A DNA stretch of 32,000 nt from Stigmatella ashevillensis (GCF_028368975.1 NZ_JAQNDM010000002.1:3186425-3218424); one strand, 5' to 3'; counted from the stretch's first letter, positions 9,876 to 19,420 are shown. A program made the numbers and translations. The notes: generated by a model from the sequence alone, not told the origin.

Positions 9876-10561
9876 ATCGCGCCATCCACTTCATTCAAAA
9901 AGCGGGGAGTCCACTGGAGAGTATAGTTACCTCGGCCTTGAAGAACGAAGCTCTTCCCGGAAGGAGCTTTGCTCTGCTGGGAAATTTCTCTGACGCAACC
10001 ACTCGGCGGGTTGATCGTCCAGACAGAGGGATTCACATTGAGAATCTGCTCCCCTGCTACGACATGCTGTGCTCGCGCTGGGGCCAGTGTGAACCTTAAG
10101 TCCTCGCCCAGGATTAAGTAATTGGCCCTGATCTCCGCATCTACAGGGCGAGTGACAGGCCACAAGGCGCCAAGCCGATCCAGAACACTTGGGAAGCTGC
10201 CCACCGTCCGACTGCTCTCCACCATGACCTCTGGGGGCGAATCGTCCGGGCTACGACTCCAGCGAAAGTCCCAAGTCGCCGTCCCCGGCATGTCCTTGTC
10301 CCAAGCCACCAGTGTGGTCATGAAGGGGCGGAACTGCTCCAACCGCTCCGGGAGCGAAAAGAAGGCAGCGCGGCACCTCTGGCCGTCATCAAGGACTTCG
10401 AGATTCAGTTTGGCAAGAACCTCGTGCCAGTGGGCCAGTTCGGACTGGACCTGGAAACGAACGTGAAGTTTCGAGAGTCCCACGCCCCTGGTCCGGAAGA
10501 AGAAGACCTCGTCTGTGTGCGTGGCATCTTCGGGAAAGGACACCTGGGTTTCCGCGCTCAT
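9821..10561 (-). CDS. Hypothetical protein, first gene of a three-gene cassette
   Basis: 246-aa ATG ORF (MSAETQVSFPEDATHTDEVFFFRTRG...) with coding-like composition, overlapping the next gene in the same direction. Confidence 0.6.
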   Translation of the reverse strand: MSAETQVSFPEDATHTDEVFFFRTRGVGLSKLHVRFQVQSELAHWHEVLAKLNLEVLDDGQRCRAAFFSLPERLEQFRPFMTTLVAWDKDMPGTATWDFRWSRSPDDSPPEVMVESSRTVGSFPSVLDRLGALWPVTRPVDAEIRANYLILGEDLRFTLAPARAQHVVAGEQILNVNPSVWTINPPSGCVREISQQSKAPSGKSFVLQGRGNYTLQWTPRFLNEVDGAIWDGLRIFLKPRRSKPKR

Positions 10562-10696
10562 CGGGCAGTGGGTTCCCAGCTTGCCTGTCTGTCTGCCCGG
10601 GCACCCAGCTCCACCATTATCCAGCTCCGGCGCAGGCTCAAGGCTTGAGTCCCAGAATGCCCACTGGGCTCAACGATTTCCGGAACAGGTTTGGCC

Positions 10697-13333
10697 CTAC
10701 TGCTGGCCCATCAGGAAGTCGTTGACGTTGACCTGTCCCTTCTCGGGAGTGGCCTCCTTCGGCTGGGTGCCCTTCTTGAAGAACATGAGTTCCATGTTCT
10801 TGGAGCTGTTGGAGGCAATCTTGCCCGTCTTCTCATCGATGGGCAGGCGCACCAATTCCATGGAAGGCCACGGGTAGAACTCCGGCTGGGGCCGGCCCGC
10901 GAGCGCCTTCTTCATGTAGTCCAGCCAGATGGGCAGCGCCGCGCGGCCACCGGTCTCGTACCGGTTGAGCGGGTGCGGGTTCAGGTCGTACCCCACCCAC
11001 GCCACCGTCACCAGATCCCTCGTGAAGGCGGAGAACCACGCATCGAACGAGTCGTTGGTGGTGCCCGTCTTGCCCGCGGCCGGCTTGCCCAGACGCGAGG
11101 CGGGCCCGCCCGTGCCCTCCTGCACCACGCCGCGCATCAGGTGCGTGATGATGAAGCCCGTCTCCGGCGACATGACCTGCTCGCCGGGCTCGAAGAGGCG
11201 CGCGTAGCCCGCCGCCACCCGGTCCTGCAAGGGGGCCCACGGGTCATCGAACGCGGTGTGGTCCTCCAGCGTGCGCCCGAACCGGTCTTCGATCTTCCGG
11301 ATGAAGTACGTGGGCTTCTTGCGGCCATAGCGGTTGAAGGTCGCGTAGACCTGCGCCAGGTCATACGGATAGACGCACGAGGAGCCGAGCGCCGCCGAGA
11401 AGTCCATGTTCATCGGCGTCGTCAGCCCGAGCAGCCGGGACCACTCGGACATCATCTTGGTCCCCACCGCCCCGAACGTCTTCACCGCCGGGATGTTCAT
11501 GGAGTTGACCAGCGCGGTGCGCAGCACCACGTCGCCCTGGAACTCCTCGGAGAAGTTCTCCGGCTTCCAGGAGACCTTGTTGTCCGGATCATGCTCGACG
11601 ATGGGCGAGTCCACGATGATGGTGGCCTCCGTCCAGTTGAGCTTCTCGATGGCCGCCGCGTACACCAGCGGCTTGAAGGCACTGCCCGGCTGGCGGCACG
11701 CCTGGAAGGCGCGGTTGAACTCGTTGTCGTCGAAGTCGTAGCCGCCCACCATGGCCGTCAGGTACTGCCGGTGGGGATCAATCGAGACGAGCGCGCTCTG
11801 GGGCTCGGGCTGCTGCTCCAGCCGGAAGAGCTTCGGGCCGTTCGGAATCCGCACCGGCTCCGCCGGGACAGCCGAGCCCTCCACGGGCTTCACCGTGTCA
11901 TCGGGAATCGTCTCGGCCAGCTTCTTGTCCCACTGCTCCTTGTCGTCCGTCAGGTCCCGCTTCGTCACGTGGCGGACGACCACCAAGTCCCCCTCGGCGA
12001 CGGCCCGCTTCACCGCGGAGATCATCCCGCCCGGTGCGTAGTAAGACTCCGGATTCACCTTGCGCGCCCAGCGCATGCCCAGCAACGGCAGCCGCGCCTT
12101 GTGCGGCCCCACCTGGATGTCGGCGCCCTTGCCGTCGTCGTCCAGCCGCGTCACCAGCCCCACGTAGAGCCGGTTCAGGACGAGTTCCTCGTTCCCCATG
12201 GCCTTCTTCGCGCGCGCGACGAAGTCGTCCCGCTCCTTGCCGGGGGGCAGGTTCCCGAGCGGGCCCCGCCAGCCCTGGCGCTTGTCCAGCGACAGCAGGC
12301 CTTCGAGCACCGCCTCCTGGGCCGCGCGCTGCCGCTCGCTGTCCATGGTGGTGAAGACCTTCAGCCCCTGCTCCAGGAGCACCGGGTTGCCGTAGCGGTC
12401 GACGATGTCGCGGCGCGCCTGCTCCACGAAGTACGGGGCGAACTCGTGGAACACGTCCTCCACGGGGTACACCTGGACGGGCTCGGCCTTGGCCTCGTCG
12501 TGCTCCGCCTTCGTGATCATCCCCTCATCGAGCATGCGGCGCAGCACGTAGGAGCGGCGGTTCTTGGCCGCCTCGGGCTTGAGGAAGGGCGAGTAGCGGC
12601 TGGGCGCCTGGGGCAGCCCGGCGATGAGGGTCATCTCTCCCAGTGTCAAATCCCGGACGTCCTTGCGGTAGTAGTTCTCCGCGGCGCTCTGCACCCCGTA
12701 GCTGTGGTGCCCCAGGAAGACGTTGTTGAGGTAGAGGTAGAGGATCTCCTCCTTCGTCAGCGCCGCCTCCAGGCGCCGGGCCAGGAGGGCCTCGCGAATC
12801 TTGCGCTTGAGCGTCTTGGCCGTGGCGTCCTTGTAGCCCTCGGCGCCGATCAGCACCGCCTTGGCGGTCTGCTGCGTCAGCGTGGAGCCGCCCTGCATAC
12901 CGCCGCTGCGCAGGCCCAGCTTGGAGGTAATCGTCTTGAAGCCGGCGCGGGCCGTTCCCAGGATGTCCACGCCCATGTGGTCGAAGAAGCTGGAGTCCTC
13001 GCTGGCGATGAACGCCTGCACCAGCCGCTTCGGGATGCGCTCGTAGGGCACCACCTTGCGCCGCTGGTTGTAGAACTCCCCGGCCAGCACCGCATCGTCG
13101 GTGTAGACCTCGGTGACGATGGGCGGCCAGTACTGGTCCACCTTCGGGATGGCGGGCAGCCCGGGGGAGTAGATGTAGTACAGCGCCACCAAGCCCACCG
13201 CGCCCGCGGTGGCGCCCGTGAAGGCCAACCACCCCGCGAGCTTGAGGGGAAAGAGCCACCAGCGGCCCTTTTTCACCCCGTCGAGAACGAGCTTGGAGCG
13301 GCTGCGATCGATGTTCGAGTTGGAAGTGCTCAT
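10697..13333 (-). CDS. mrcA: Penicillin-binding protein 1A (transglycosylase/transpeptidase)
   Basis: N-terminal TM, EDSSFFDHMGVD, GGSTLTQQTAK (GT51 motifs), RQPGSAFKPLVYAAAIE (SxxK region), SMN, AGKTGTTNDSFDAWF (KTG). Start trimmed to ATG 13333. Confidence 0.95.
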   Translation of the reverse strand: MSTSNSNIDRSRSKLVLDGVKKGRWWLFPLKLAGWLAFTGATAGAVGLVALYYIYSPGLPAIPKVDQYWPPIVTEVYTDDAVLAGEFYNQRRKVVPYERIPKRLVQAFIASEDSSFFDHMGVDILGTARAGFKTITSKLGLRSGGMQGGSTLTQQTAKAVLIGAEGYKDATAKTLKRKIREALLARRLEAALTKEEILYLYLNNVFLGHHSYGVQSAAENYYRKDVRDLTLGEMTLIAGLPQAPSRYSPFLKPEAAKNRRSYVLRRMLDEGMITKAEHDEAKAEPVQVYPVEDVFHEFAPYFVEQARRDIVDRYGNPVLLEQGLKVFTTMDSERQRAAQEAVLEGLLSLDKRQGWRGPLGNLPPGKERDDFVARAKKAMGNEELVLNRLYVGLVTRLDDDGKGADIQVGPHKARLPLLGMRWARKVNPESYYAPGGMISAVKRAVAEGDLVVVRHVTKRDLTDDKEQWDKKLAETIPDDTVKPVEGSAVPAEPVRIPNGPKLFRLEQQPEPQSALVSIDPHRQYLTAMVGGYDFDDNEFNRAFQACRQPGSAFKPLVYAAAIEKLNWTEATIIVDSPIVEHDPDNKVSWKPENFSEEFQGDVVLRTALVNSMNIPAVKTFGAVGTKMMSEWSRLLGLTTPMNMDFSAALGSSCVYPYDLAQVYATFNRYGRKKPTYFIRKIEDRFGRTLEDHTAFDDPWAPLQDRVAAGYARLFEPGEQVMSPETGFIITHLMRGVVQEGTGGPASRLGKPAAGKTGTTNDSFDAWFSAFTRDLVTVAWVGYDLNPHPLNRYETGGRAALPIWLDYMKKALAGRPQPEFYPWPSMELVRLPIDEKTGKIASNSSKNMELMFFKKGTQPKEATPEKGQVNVNDFLMGQQ

Positions 13334-14295
13334 GAAGGTTCTAGCGCAGCGCGTTTGAGGGTGTCCTTCAGCTCTGGAGGCAACCTCGCCTCCACCGTCA
13401 CCTTCCCGCCGTGCTGGGGGTGCGGAAATTCGATGCGCTCCGCGTGCAGGAACAAACGCTTCAACCCCCACCGGGCCCGCACATCCCGGTTGAAGGCAAA
13501 GTCACCATACTTCCTGTCTCCAGCCACGGGGTGACCAACAGCGGCCAGATGCCTTCTTATCTGATGGGTGCGTCCTGTCTCGATGGAGCAGGAGAGGAGC
13601 GCCGCCTCGCTCGACTGGCGGATGACCTTCCACCGGGTGAGGGCCTCCTGCATGTTCACCCCCCGGCGGGCCTTGGACTCGGCGGTCTGCTGGTGCTCCG
13701 AGAGGGGAAGTTCGATGACCCCCGAGTCCTTGGGCATCTTGCCCTTGACCAGGGTGATGTAGCGCTTGCGGGCAAGGCCTTCCGTGAACACTTCGGTGAA
13801 GTGCACCATCGCCGGGCGGCGCTTGGCCACGAGGATGACGCCCGAGGTCTCCCGGTCCAGCCGGTGGGCAGGTGAGGCGGTGAAGTCGTTTCTCACCGCC
13901 TTGGGGCCCAGGTAGGCACGCACATAGTCCACCAGGGTTCCCCCGGTAATCCCGCTCCCGGTGTGCACGGCCATGCCGCTGGGCTTGTCCACGGCCATCA
14001 TCCAGTCGTCCTCCAGGAGGATGACCAGCTCGGAGGGGTCCACGGGGGGTGGGGGGGGAGGCAGGCGCTCGCCGCCCTGGGCCGGGCCGAGCAGTTGCTG
14101 CTCATCCCCCCGGATGGCGATGACGTCCCCGGCGACGAGCAGCTGCTCGGGCTGGGCCCGTTTTCCGTTCACCCGGACCTTCTTGACCCGGATCATCTTG
14201 AACAGATGACTGGTGGGCATGTTGGCCAGGCGTTTGCGGAGGTACTTGTCCAGCCGCATCCCCACACTGTCTTCTTCGATTCGGTACTCGATCAT
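13330..14295 (-). CDS. RluA family pseudouridine synthase (S4 domain + catalytic domain)
   Basis: RLDKYLRKRL S4 motif, VDKPSGMAVHTGSG, HRLDRETSGVILVAK catalytic motif, RTHQIRRHLAAVGHPVAGDRKYG. 4-nt ATGA overlap with the PBP1A gene. Confidence 0.95.
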   Translation of the reverse strand: MIEYRIEEDSVGMRLDKYLRKRLANMPTSHLFKMIRVKKVRVNGKRAQPEQLLVAGDVIAIRGDEQQLLGPAQGGERLPPPPPPVDPSELVILLEDDWMMAVDKPSGMAVHTGSGITGGTLVDYVRAYLGPKAVRNDFTASPAHRLDRETSGVILVAKRRPAMVHFTEVFTEGLARKRYITLVKGKMPKDSGVIELPLSEHQQTAESKARRGVNMQEALTRWKVIRQSSEAALLSCSIETGRTHQIRRHLAAVGHPVAGDRKYGDFAFNRDVRARWGLKRLFLHAERIEFPHPQHGGKVTVEARLPPELKDTLKRAALEPS

Positions 14296-14340
14296 TTGTT
14301 CTTGGCGGCCGGACCAGAGCACACGAATAATGACCGGTCC

Positions 14341-15801
14341 ATGCCGAAGGCTCCCAGTATCGAGAAGCTCCTCCAGAGCGGTTCAGCGGAGTGGAACAAG
14401 CTCCGCAAGTCCGGACAGGTCTCCACCGACCACACGGGCGCTACCTTCACGCAGCTGTTCTCCGCCAATGCGGACCTCTCGGGCCTAGAGCTCGTGGGCT
14501 CCGAATGGGAGCGCTGCGACCTGTCCAAGATGAACTTCCGCGACGCGGACCTGTCCAACGCCTACTTCCATGGCGGCCGGCTCCAGGACTGTGACTTCCG
14601 CGGGGCCAACCTCGAGGGCGCCACCTTCGAGAAGTTGAAGTTGCTGCGCTGTGACTTCACGGGCGCCAAGGGGCTGGACGACCTGGAAATGGAGGATGTG
14701 GACATGGACCGGGTGCAGGGCCTGGACGGCGAGGAAGCCCCGCCCCCGCCCCCGCCCCCCGCCCAGGGCATCACCGCCTTCACCCGCGAGCAGCGGGAGA
14801 AGGCCATGGGGGCCGCCGCGGCCGCCGTGGCAGGCCCCGCCGCGGAGGAGCTGCCCCCCTTCAAGCCCCAGGATCCTCCGGGCTCACTGCTCTTCCGGGC
14901 CTTGAAGCGGCTCCCGGCGCCGCCCCCCTGGGTGCTGGACGTCCCCGGCCTGCGCCCGTTGCTCCCGCAGCGCCTGCCCCCCGGCTCCTCGCTGGAGGCG
15001 ATGTACCGCGAGGCGGTGAAGACGCGGCTGGAGAACAAGAAGCCCGGGGCGGACCCGGGCGCGGTGGAGCGGGCGCAGAAGGCGCTGCGGCTGGGCGGGA
15101 AGGACTCGGCCGTGGCGGCCATGTACCTGCGCGAGGTGGGCGTGCTCCCGCTGTCGCGCTTCTCCGCGGCCAAGGTGCTCAAGGATGCGCTGCGCGCCGA
15201 GGTGGATGTGGATGATCTGACGGGCTCCATCGACCCGCGGGTGGCCGGGGCGCTCTTGGAGCTGCGGCTGACGCACGAGGTGGTGGAGCACCTGCAAGAG
15301 GCCCGGCGCCGCCTGGCCGCCACGCAGCTCTACACCGCGCTGCTGGAGGCGGGCTTCACCCCGGAGAACAACTGGGACGAAGCGCTGGAGTCGGCCGAGC
15401 CCGCCCTGGAGCTGGCACAACTGGCCACGGGCGATGACCGCAACGCGCTCTTCGAGGCCTTCCAGGTGTTCGCCGCCCTGCCGGACGAGGCCCGGCTGCG
15501 GCGGTTGGCGTACCTGGCCGAGACGGTGACGAACCTGGAGCTGGTGAGCCGACTGCCCGAGGGCATGGAGCCGCAGTGGCTCACCGGGCCCGAGACGCGC
15601 GAGTGCCACGACCGGGAGATGACGTACGTTCAGGCGCTCCGGGCACAGGACATTCCCACCAAGGTGCCCGCCCTGGCCCAGGCAGAGCTCGGCGTTCCCG
15701 AGGGTCAGGTGCCCGAGGACAGCGACGACGACCTGTTCGTCCACCTGCGCTGTGACGTGTGCGGCAAGGAGAAGCTCATCGTTCAATCCCGGATCGACTG
15801 A
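14341..15801 (+). CDS. Pentapeptide-repeat-containing protein with long alpha-helical C-terminal region
   Basis: MPKAPSIEKLLQSGSAEWNKLRKS...; ANADLSGLELVGSEWERCDLSKMNFRDADLSNAYFHGGRLQDCDFRGANLEGATF A(D/N)LXX repeats, Pro-rich linker PPPPPPP. Start trimmed from the 612-aa ORF. Confidence 0.85.
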   Translation: MPKAPSIEKLLQSGSAEWNKLRKSGQVSTDHTGATFTQLFSANADLSGLELVGSEWERCDLSKMNFRDADLSNAYFHGGRLQDCDFRGANLEGATFEKLKLLRCDFTGAKGLDDLEMEDVDMDRVQGLDGEEAPPPPPPPAQGITAFTREQREKAMGAAAAAVAGPAAEELPPFKPQDPPGSLLFRALKRLPAPPPWVLDVPGLRPLLPQRLPPGSSLEAMYREAVKTRLENKKPGADPGAVERAQKALRLGGKDSAVAAMYLREVGVLPLSRFSAAKVLKDALRAEVDVDDLTGSIDPRVAGALLELRLTHEVVEHLQEARRRLAATQLYTALLEAGFTPENNWDEALESAEPALELAQLATGDDRNALFEAFQVFAALPDEARLRRLAYLAETVTNLELVSRLPEGMEPQWLTGPETRECHDREMTYVQALRAQDIPTKVPALAQAELGVPEGQVPEDSDDDLFVHLRCDVCGKEKLIVQSRID

Positions 15802-15817
15802 GCCGGGCATCCTTCCC

Positions 15818-15839
15818 CCCTCCCGTGCAGGGGGGAGGG
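15818..15839. terminator. Inverted repeat between convergent genes, possible bidirectional terminator
   Basis: CCCTCCC (15818-15824) / GGGAGGG (15833-15839) stem with 8-nt loop in the 55-bp gap between convergent CDSs; no clear T-tract. Confidence 0.35.
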
Positions 15840-15856
15840 CCCTCTGCGTGGCGGAC

Positions 15857-16429
15857 TCAAGGCAAGGAGTACGTCACGGCGGGGGGCAGCAGAATCCTCA
15901 CCGGGTCTCCTGGCCGGATGACGCCCGGGCGATCCACCCACCCCACCAGCCCTCGCCGCTGGTGCGCGGCCTTCACGAAGCGGCTCGCCAGGCCTTCCCG
16001 GTCCGGATACCAGGGCTGCAGCGCCCGCCCCGCCTTCCGGCACGGCGTGTTCTCCCCTTCCATCGTCAGGATGACCTCTTCGGGGAAGAACAGGCGCGTC
16101 CCGGGAGGCAGGTGCGTCAGCCGGGGCACCCCCGCCAGCTCCAGGTTCGCGCCCAGCCAGGCCGCCTCCACCCGGGGCACCTCCAGCGCCGCCGCGATGA
16201 GCGCCAGTTCCTCCGTGGACACGAGGGAGACCTGGCGCGTGTTGCGCACGAGCGCGCCCTTGGGACACCAGGGCGTGCGCACATCCGACGTGCGTGTCAG
16301 CCCCGCGTGCCGGTCTCCCACGAAACCTTCCAGGGACACCTTCCCCTCGGGCACCTCGCGCGCAGGGTGATTCTTTGGCTCGGAGCCGATGAGGACGCGA
16401 ACCGTGTGCCCGGTGAGGTGCGTGCGCAT
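15857..16429 (-). CDS. MOSC domain-containing protein
   Basis: EGKVSLEGFVGDRHAGLTRTSDVRTPWCPKGALVRNTRQVSLVS, LGANLELAG, GENTPCRKAGRALQP: MOSC fold motifs including the conserved Cys. Start trimmed to ATG 16429. Confidence 0.85.
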   Translation of the reverse strand: MRTHLTGHTVRVLIGSEPKNHPAREVPEGKVSLEGFVGDRHAGLTRTSDVRTPWCPKGALVRNTRQVSLVSTEELALIAAALEVPRVEAAWLGANLELAGVPRLTHLPPGTRLFFPEEVILTMEGENTPCRKAGRALQPWYPDREGLASRFVKAAHQRRGLVGWVDRPGVIRPGDPVRILLPPAVTYSLP

Positions 16430-16437
16430 GAAGGGCC

Positions 16438-17412
16438 TCAGAAGAGCGAGAGCTGCTGGGGCTTGCCCAGCGTGCGCGCGTCGATGCCTTCCTCCCGCAG
16501 CAGCCGCGCCAGCTCCTCCGCGAAGCCGTGGTGCGTGATGACCTCGCGAGCCCCCGTGGCCTTCACATAGCCCACCAGCGAGGGGCAGTCCGCATGGTCC
16601 GAGAGGGGAAAGGCCACCTGCGCGCCATAGCGATGCGCGGCGCCTGGATCCAACGCCCACCCCGTGAGCACCGCGGTGGCGCGCGGCCACACGGGCGCCA
16701 GGGCCCCCGTGCGCGCCTGATGCGGTGGGAAGAAGAGCACCTCTCCCGGCTGCACCGTCCCCTCGAAGCGCCGCAGCGGCTCGATGCGCACGCCCAGCTC
16801 CGCGTAGAGCTGTGTCACCTCGAAGATGGAGGGGTGCGCCACCAGCGGGAAGCCGCGTCCAGAGAGGTACTTCATCGCCTCCTGGCTCTTGCCCAGGGGA
16901 TAGCCCAGCAACACGGGCACCGCCCCCCGTTCGAGCTGCTGGCGCACCCACGCCTCCACCCTGCCCAGCACTTCGTCCTTCGGCGGAAAGCGGTACCGCG
17001 GATGGCCGAACGTGGCCTCGATGACGAGCGTGTCGCACTCGGCCACCTGCACCGGCTCCGCCGTGAGCGAGGGCGTGACGTTCAGATCCCCCGTATAGAC
17101 GATGCGACGCCCATCCCCCCGGATGACGCGGAGCTGGGCACTGCCCAGGATGTGGCCCGCCGAGAGCAACTCCAACGTCAGGGGACCCAGCTCGAACGGC
17201 TGGTTGTAGGCCACCGCCACCGGGTCCTTCACCCGGCCCAGCCGGTGCGTCATGAAGCGCAGGGTGGCGGCCGTGGCGATGGTCCGCTCATGGCGCGCGA
17301 TGTGGTCCGAGTGCCCGTGGCTGACGAAGGACAGCGGCGTCTTGCGCATCGCATCCAGCGCCAGCGGGGTACCCGTCAGGTGAAGTCCGGTTCGCCTCAA
17401 CTCGACGCTCAT
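16438..17412 (-). CDS. Metallo-beta-lactamase-fold exonuclease-like protein (COG1236/YSH1-type)
   Basis: LSFVSHGHSDHIARH (HxHxDH), SAGHILGSAQLRV, RIVYTGDLN, LVIEATFGHPRYRFP, FPLSDHADCPSLVGYV, HHGFAEEL: beta-CASP-like motifs. Confidence 0.88.
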   Translation of the reverse strand: MSVELRRTGLHLTGTPLALDAMRKTPLSFVSHGHSDHIARHERTIATAATLRFMTHRLGRVKDPVAVAYNQPFELGPLTLELLSAGHILGSAQLRVIRGDGRRIVYTGDLNVTPSLTAEPVQVAECDTLVIEATFGHPRYRFPPKDEVLGRVEAWVRQQLERGAVPVLLGYPLGKSQEAMKYLSGRGFPLVAHPSIFEVTQLYAELGVRIEPLRRFEGTVQPGEVLFFPPHQARTGALAPVWPRATAVLTGWALDPGAAHRYGAQVAFPLSDHADCPSLVGYVKATGAREVITHHGFAEELARLLREEGIDARTLGKPQQLSLF

Positions 17413-17502
17413 GGGGAAGCCTGGATATAGCGCGCCTGGGACCGCAGGGGGGGACATGCTCCACGACGCGCCCGCCCGCCCGTCCGCCCTGCCTGCGAAA
17501 CC

Positions 17503-18420
17503 TCAGGCCCCCGCCAGGGGCCGCTCGCGCCAGCGGTCCCACAAGGCCGAGCCCACCTCCGACACCAGCACGCCCAGCACGATGAGGCTGCCCCCGCTCC
17601 ACTCCCGGGGGCCCAGCGTCTCGTATCCCAGCGACACCGAGAAGAGCGCGGCGAACACCGGCTCCAGCGCATAGATGAGGGCCGCGCGCACCGCGCCCGT
17701 GCGGGCCTGGGCCCACGTCTGCACGCTGATCGCGACGGCGCTGCCGAGGACGCCACAGAAGAACACGGCCCCCACGAAAGCCCCTGTCCACGCCACCCGC
17801 GTCTCCACGAAGGGCAGGCACGCCGCCGAGAGCAGCGCCACGCCCCAGAGCTGCACGGCGACGAGCGCGCTGGCCCCTTCCTTCGGCGCGAACCGCCCCG
17901 TCAGGACAATGTGGAGGGCATAGGACACCGAGCCCGCCAGCGTGAGCAGGTCTCCCGAGGAGATCCCCCCGGAGGCCTCCTCGCCCGCGTGCGTGAGAAA
18001 GAAGAGCCCCACGGTCGAGAGCACCACCCCCACCAGCGAGGGGACGCGAGGAACCCGGCGAAAGAGCACCAAGGTCAGCAGCGGAACGAAGAGGACACAC
18101 AGGCCCGTGATGAAGGCCGAGCGCGCGGGCGAGGTGTGCGTCAGCCCCACCGTCTGAAACACGTACCCGCTGAAGAGGAAGAGGGACAGCAGGCCCCCTC
18201 GCCGCAGGTAATCCCCGGAGAGCATCCGCCGCCCCGCCACGGCGCTCAGCACCACGGCCCCCAGGCCAAAGCGCAGCACGAGGAACGAGAAGGGATCTCC
18301 ATGGCCCAACGCGTCCTTCACCACCACGAAGGTGGTGCCCCAAAACACGGTGAGCAGCGCCAGGGCGCCGTCCGCCTGGAGATGGGCGCGACGCTCCCGC
18401 GGTGAAGTCACTTCGGCCAT
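17503..18420 (-). CDS. EamA/DMT family transporter
   Basis: Ten hydrophobic segments; GALALLTVFWGTTFVVVKDAL, GSVSYALHIVLTGRFAP, AALIYALEPVFAALFSV. Start trimmed to ATG 18420. Confidence 0.9.
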   Translation of the reverse strand: MAEVTSPRERRAHLQADGALALLTVFWGTTFVVVKDALGHGDPFSFLVLRFGLGAVVLSAVAGRRMLSGDYLRRGGLLSLFLFSGYVFQTVGLTHTSPARSAFITGLCVLFVPLLTLVLFRRVPRVPSLVGVVLSTVGLFFLTHAGEEASGGISSGDLLTLAGSVSYALHIVLTGRFAPKEGASALVAVQLWGVALLSAACLPFVETRVAWTGAFVGAVFFCGVLGSAVAISVQTWAQARTGAVRAALIYALEPVFAALFSVSLGYETLGPREWSGGSLIVLGVLVSEVGSALWDRWRERPLAGA

Positions 18421-18454
18421 GACGGAGGTCCAGCTAGCACACTTCCCTCGCCCA

Positions 18455-19420
18455 TCAATCCAATGCGCGCTCCAACACCACCAAGGGCTTGCTGCCCCCC
18501 GAGGCATCCCACTCGGCGTTGACCCGCCGGATAAGCTCTGGGGGCGAGAAGCGAAACCCCACCCTCCGGAACGTCCTCAGGGAGGCGGCGTTGTCCTCAT
18601 CGACATCCGCGAAGATGCATTCCTCGCCCTGCTTTCGCGCCGCTTCCACCAGACAGGTAAGGAGCTGGTGGGCCACCCCCATCCTCCGGGCTCTCGGCGC
18701 CACCACCAACGAGCGGACCCAGAGCCCGTCCAGCGCCAGCCCTTCCTCGCGGTAGCTGTCCAGGTAGGCGAACCCACACAGGCGGCCCGCCGAGTCGAAG
18801 GCTCCCGCCGAAGCCCCCACCGCCCCTCCCTCCCGCGCCCACCGGCCCAGCAGTTGGCGGCGCAGGAACACCGAGGAGACCAGGAGCCGTTCCCCGGCGA
18901 ACACCAGGAGCGCGTCCAGATCCTCGGCCCGAAGCAGGCGCACCTCCAGCCGCCCCAACCACCGCGCCCGCACGGGGCGGGACCACCCCGAGAAGGTGAA
19001 GTCCCGCAGCCGCCGAGCCGCGCCCCTCGCCACGGGACGGGCCCACAACGCGGAAGCCAACCGCTGCCCCAGAAAGAGCGAAGGCCGCGTCACGCGGGGC
19101 AAGGGCAAAATCCACCACCCCCGGCGCAGGGCCGTCACACGCCCGAGCGGAACTCCCTCGGGATCTCCGTGGCCCAGCAAGGAGGCCGTCACCAAGGGGC
19201 CCGTGGAAACCACCACGTGCGCGATGAGCCGACGCCCCACCCTCACCAGCGCCACATCGCCCCGGGACAGCTCCTCCGGCCCACAGCGAAGCACCTGGAT
19301 CGAATCTCCGCTGCGCAGCAAGGGATACAGGCTCCGGCCCGCCCCTCGCAGCCAGAGCCGACGGCCCAGAGACGTGGACTCGACGAAGGCCGCGAGATCA
19401 ACCGGGTGTGTGCCAACCAT
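18455..19420 (-). CDS. S24/S26 peptidase-like domain fused to a GNAT N-acetyltransferase
   Basis: N-term: GRSLYPLLRSGDSIQVLRCGPEELSRGDVALVRVGRRLIAHVVV (GxSxxPxxxxGD...); C-term: LWVRSLVVAPRARRMGVAHQLLTCLVEAARKQG...ADVDEDNAASLRTFRRVGF (GNAT acetyl-CoA motif). Confidence 0.8.
   Translation of the reverse strand: MVGTHPVDLAAFVESTSLGRRLWLRGAGRSLYPLLRSGDSIQVLRCGPEELSRGDVALVRVGRRLIAHVVVSTGPLVTASLLGHGDPEGVPLGRVTALRRGWWILPLPRVTRPSLFLGQRLASALWARPVARGAARRLRDFTFSGWSRPVRARWLGRLEVRLLRAEDLDALLVFAGERLLVSSVFLRRQLLGRWAREGGAVGASAGAFDSAGRLCGFAYLDSYREEGLALDGLWVRSLVVAPRARRMGVAHQLLTCLVEAARKQGEECIFADVDEDNAASLRTFRRVGFRFSPPELIRRVNAEWDASGGSKPLVVLERALD

Noticed and set aside
10691-13534. 947-aa plus-strand ORF opposite the PBP1A gene
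   Set aside because: Antisense shadow ORF; the minus-strand frame contains all PBP1A motifs.
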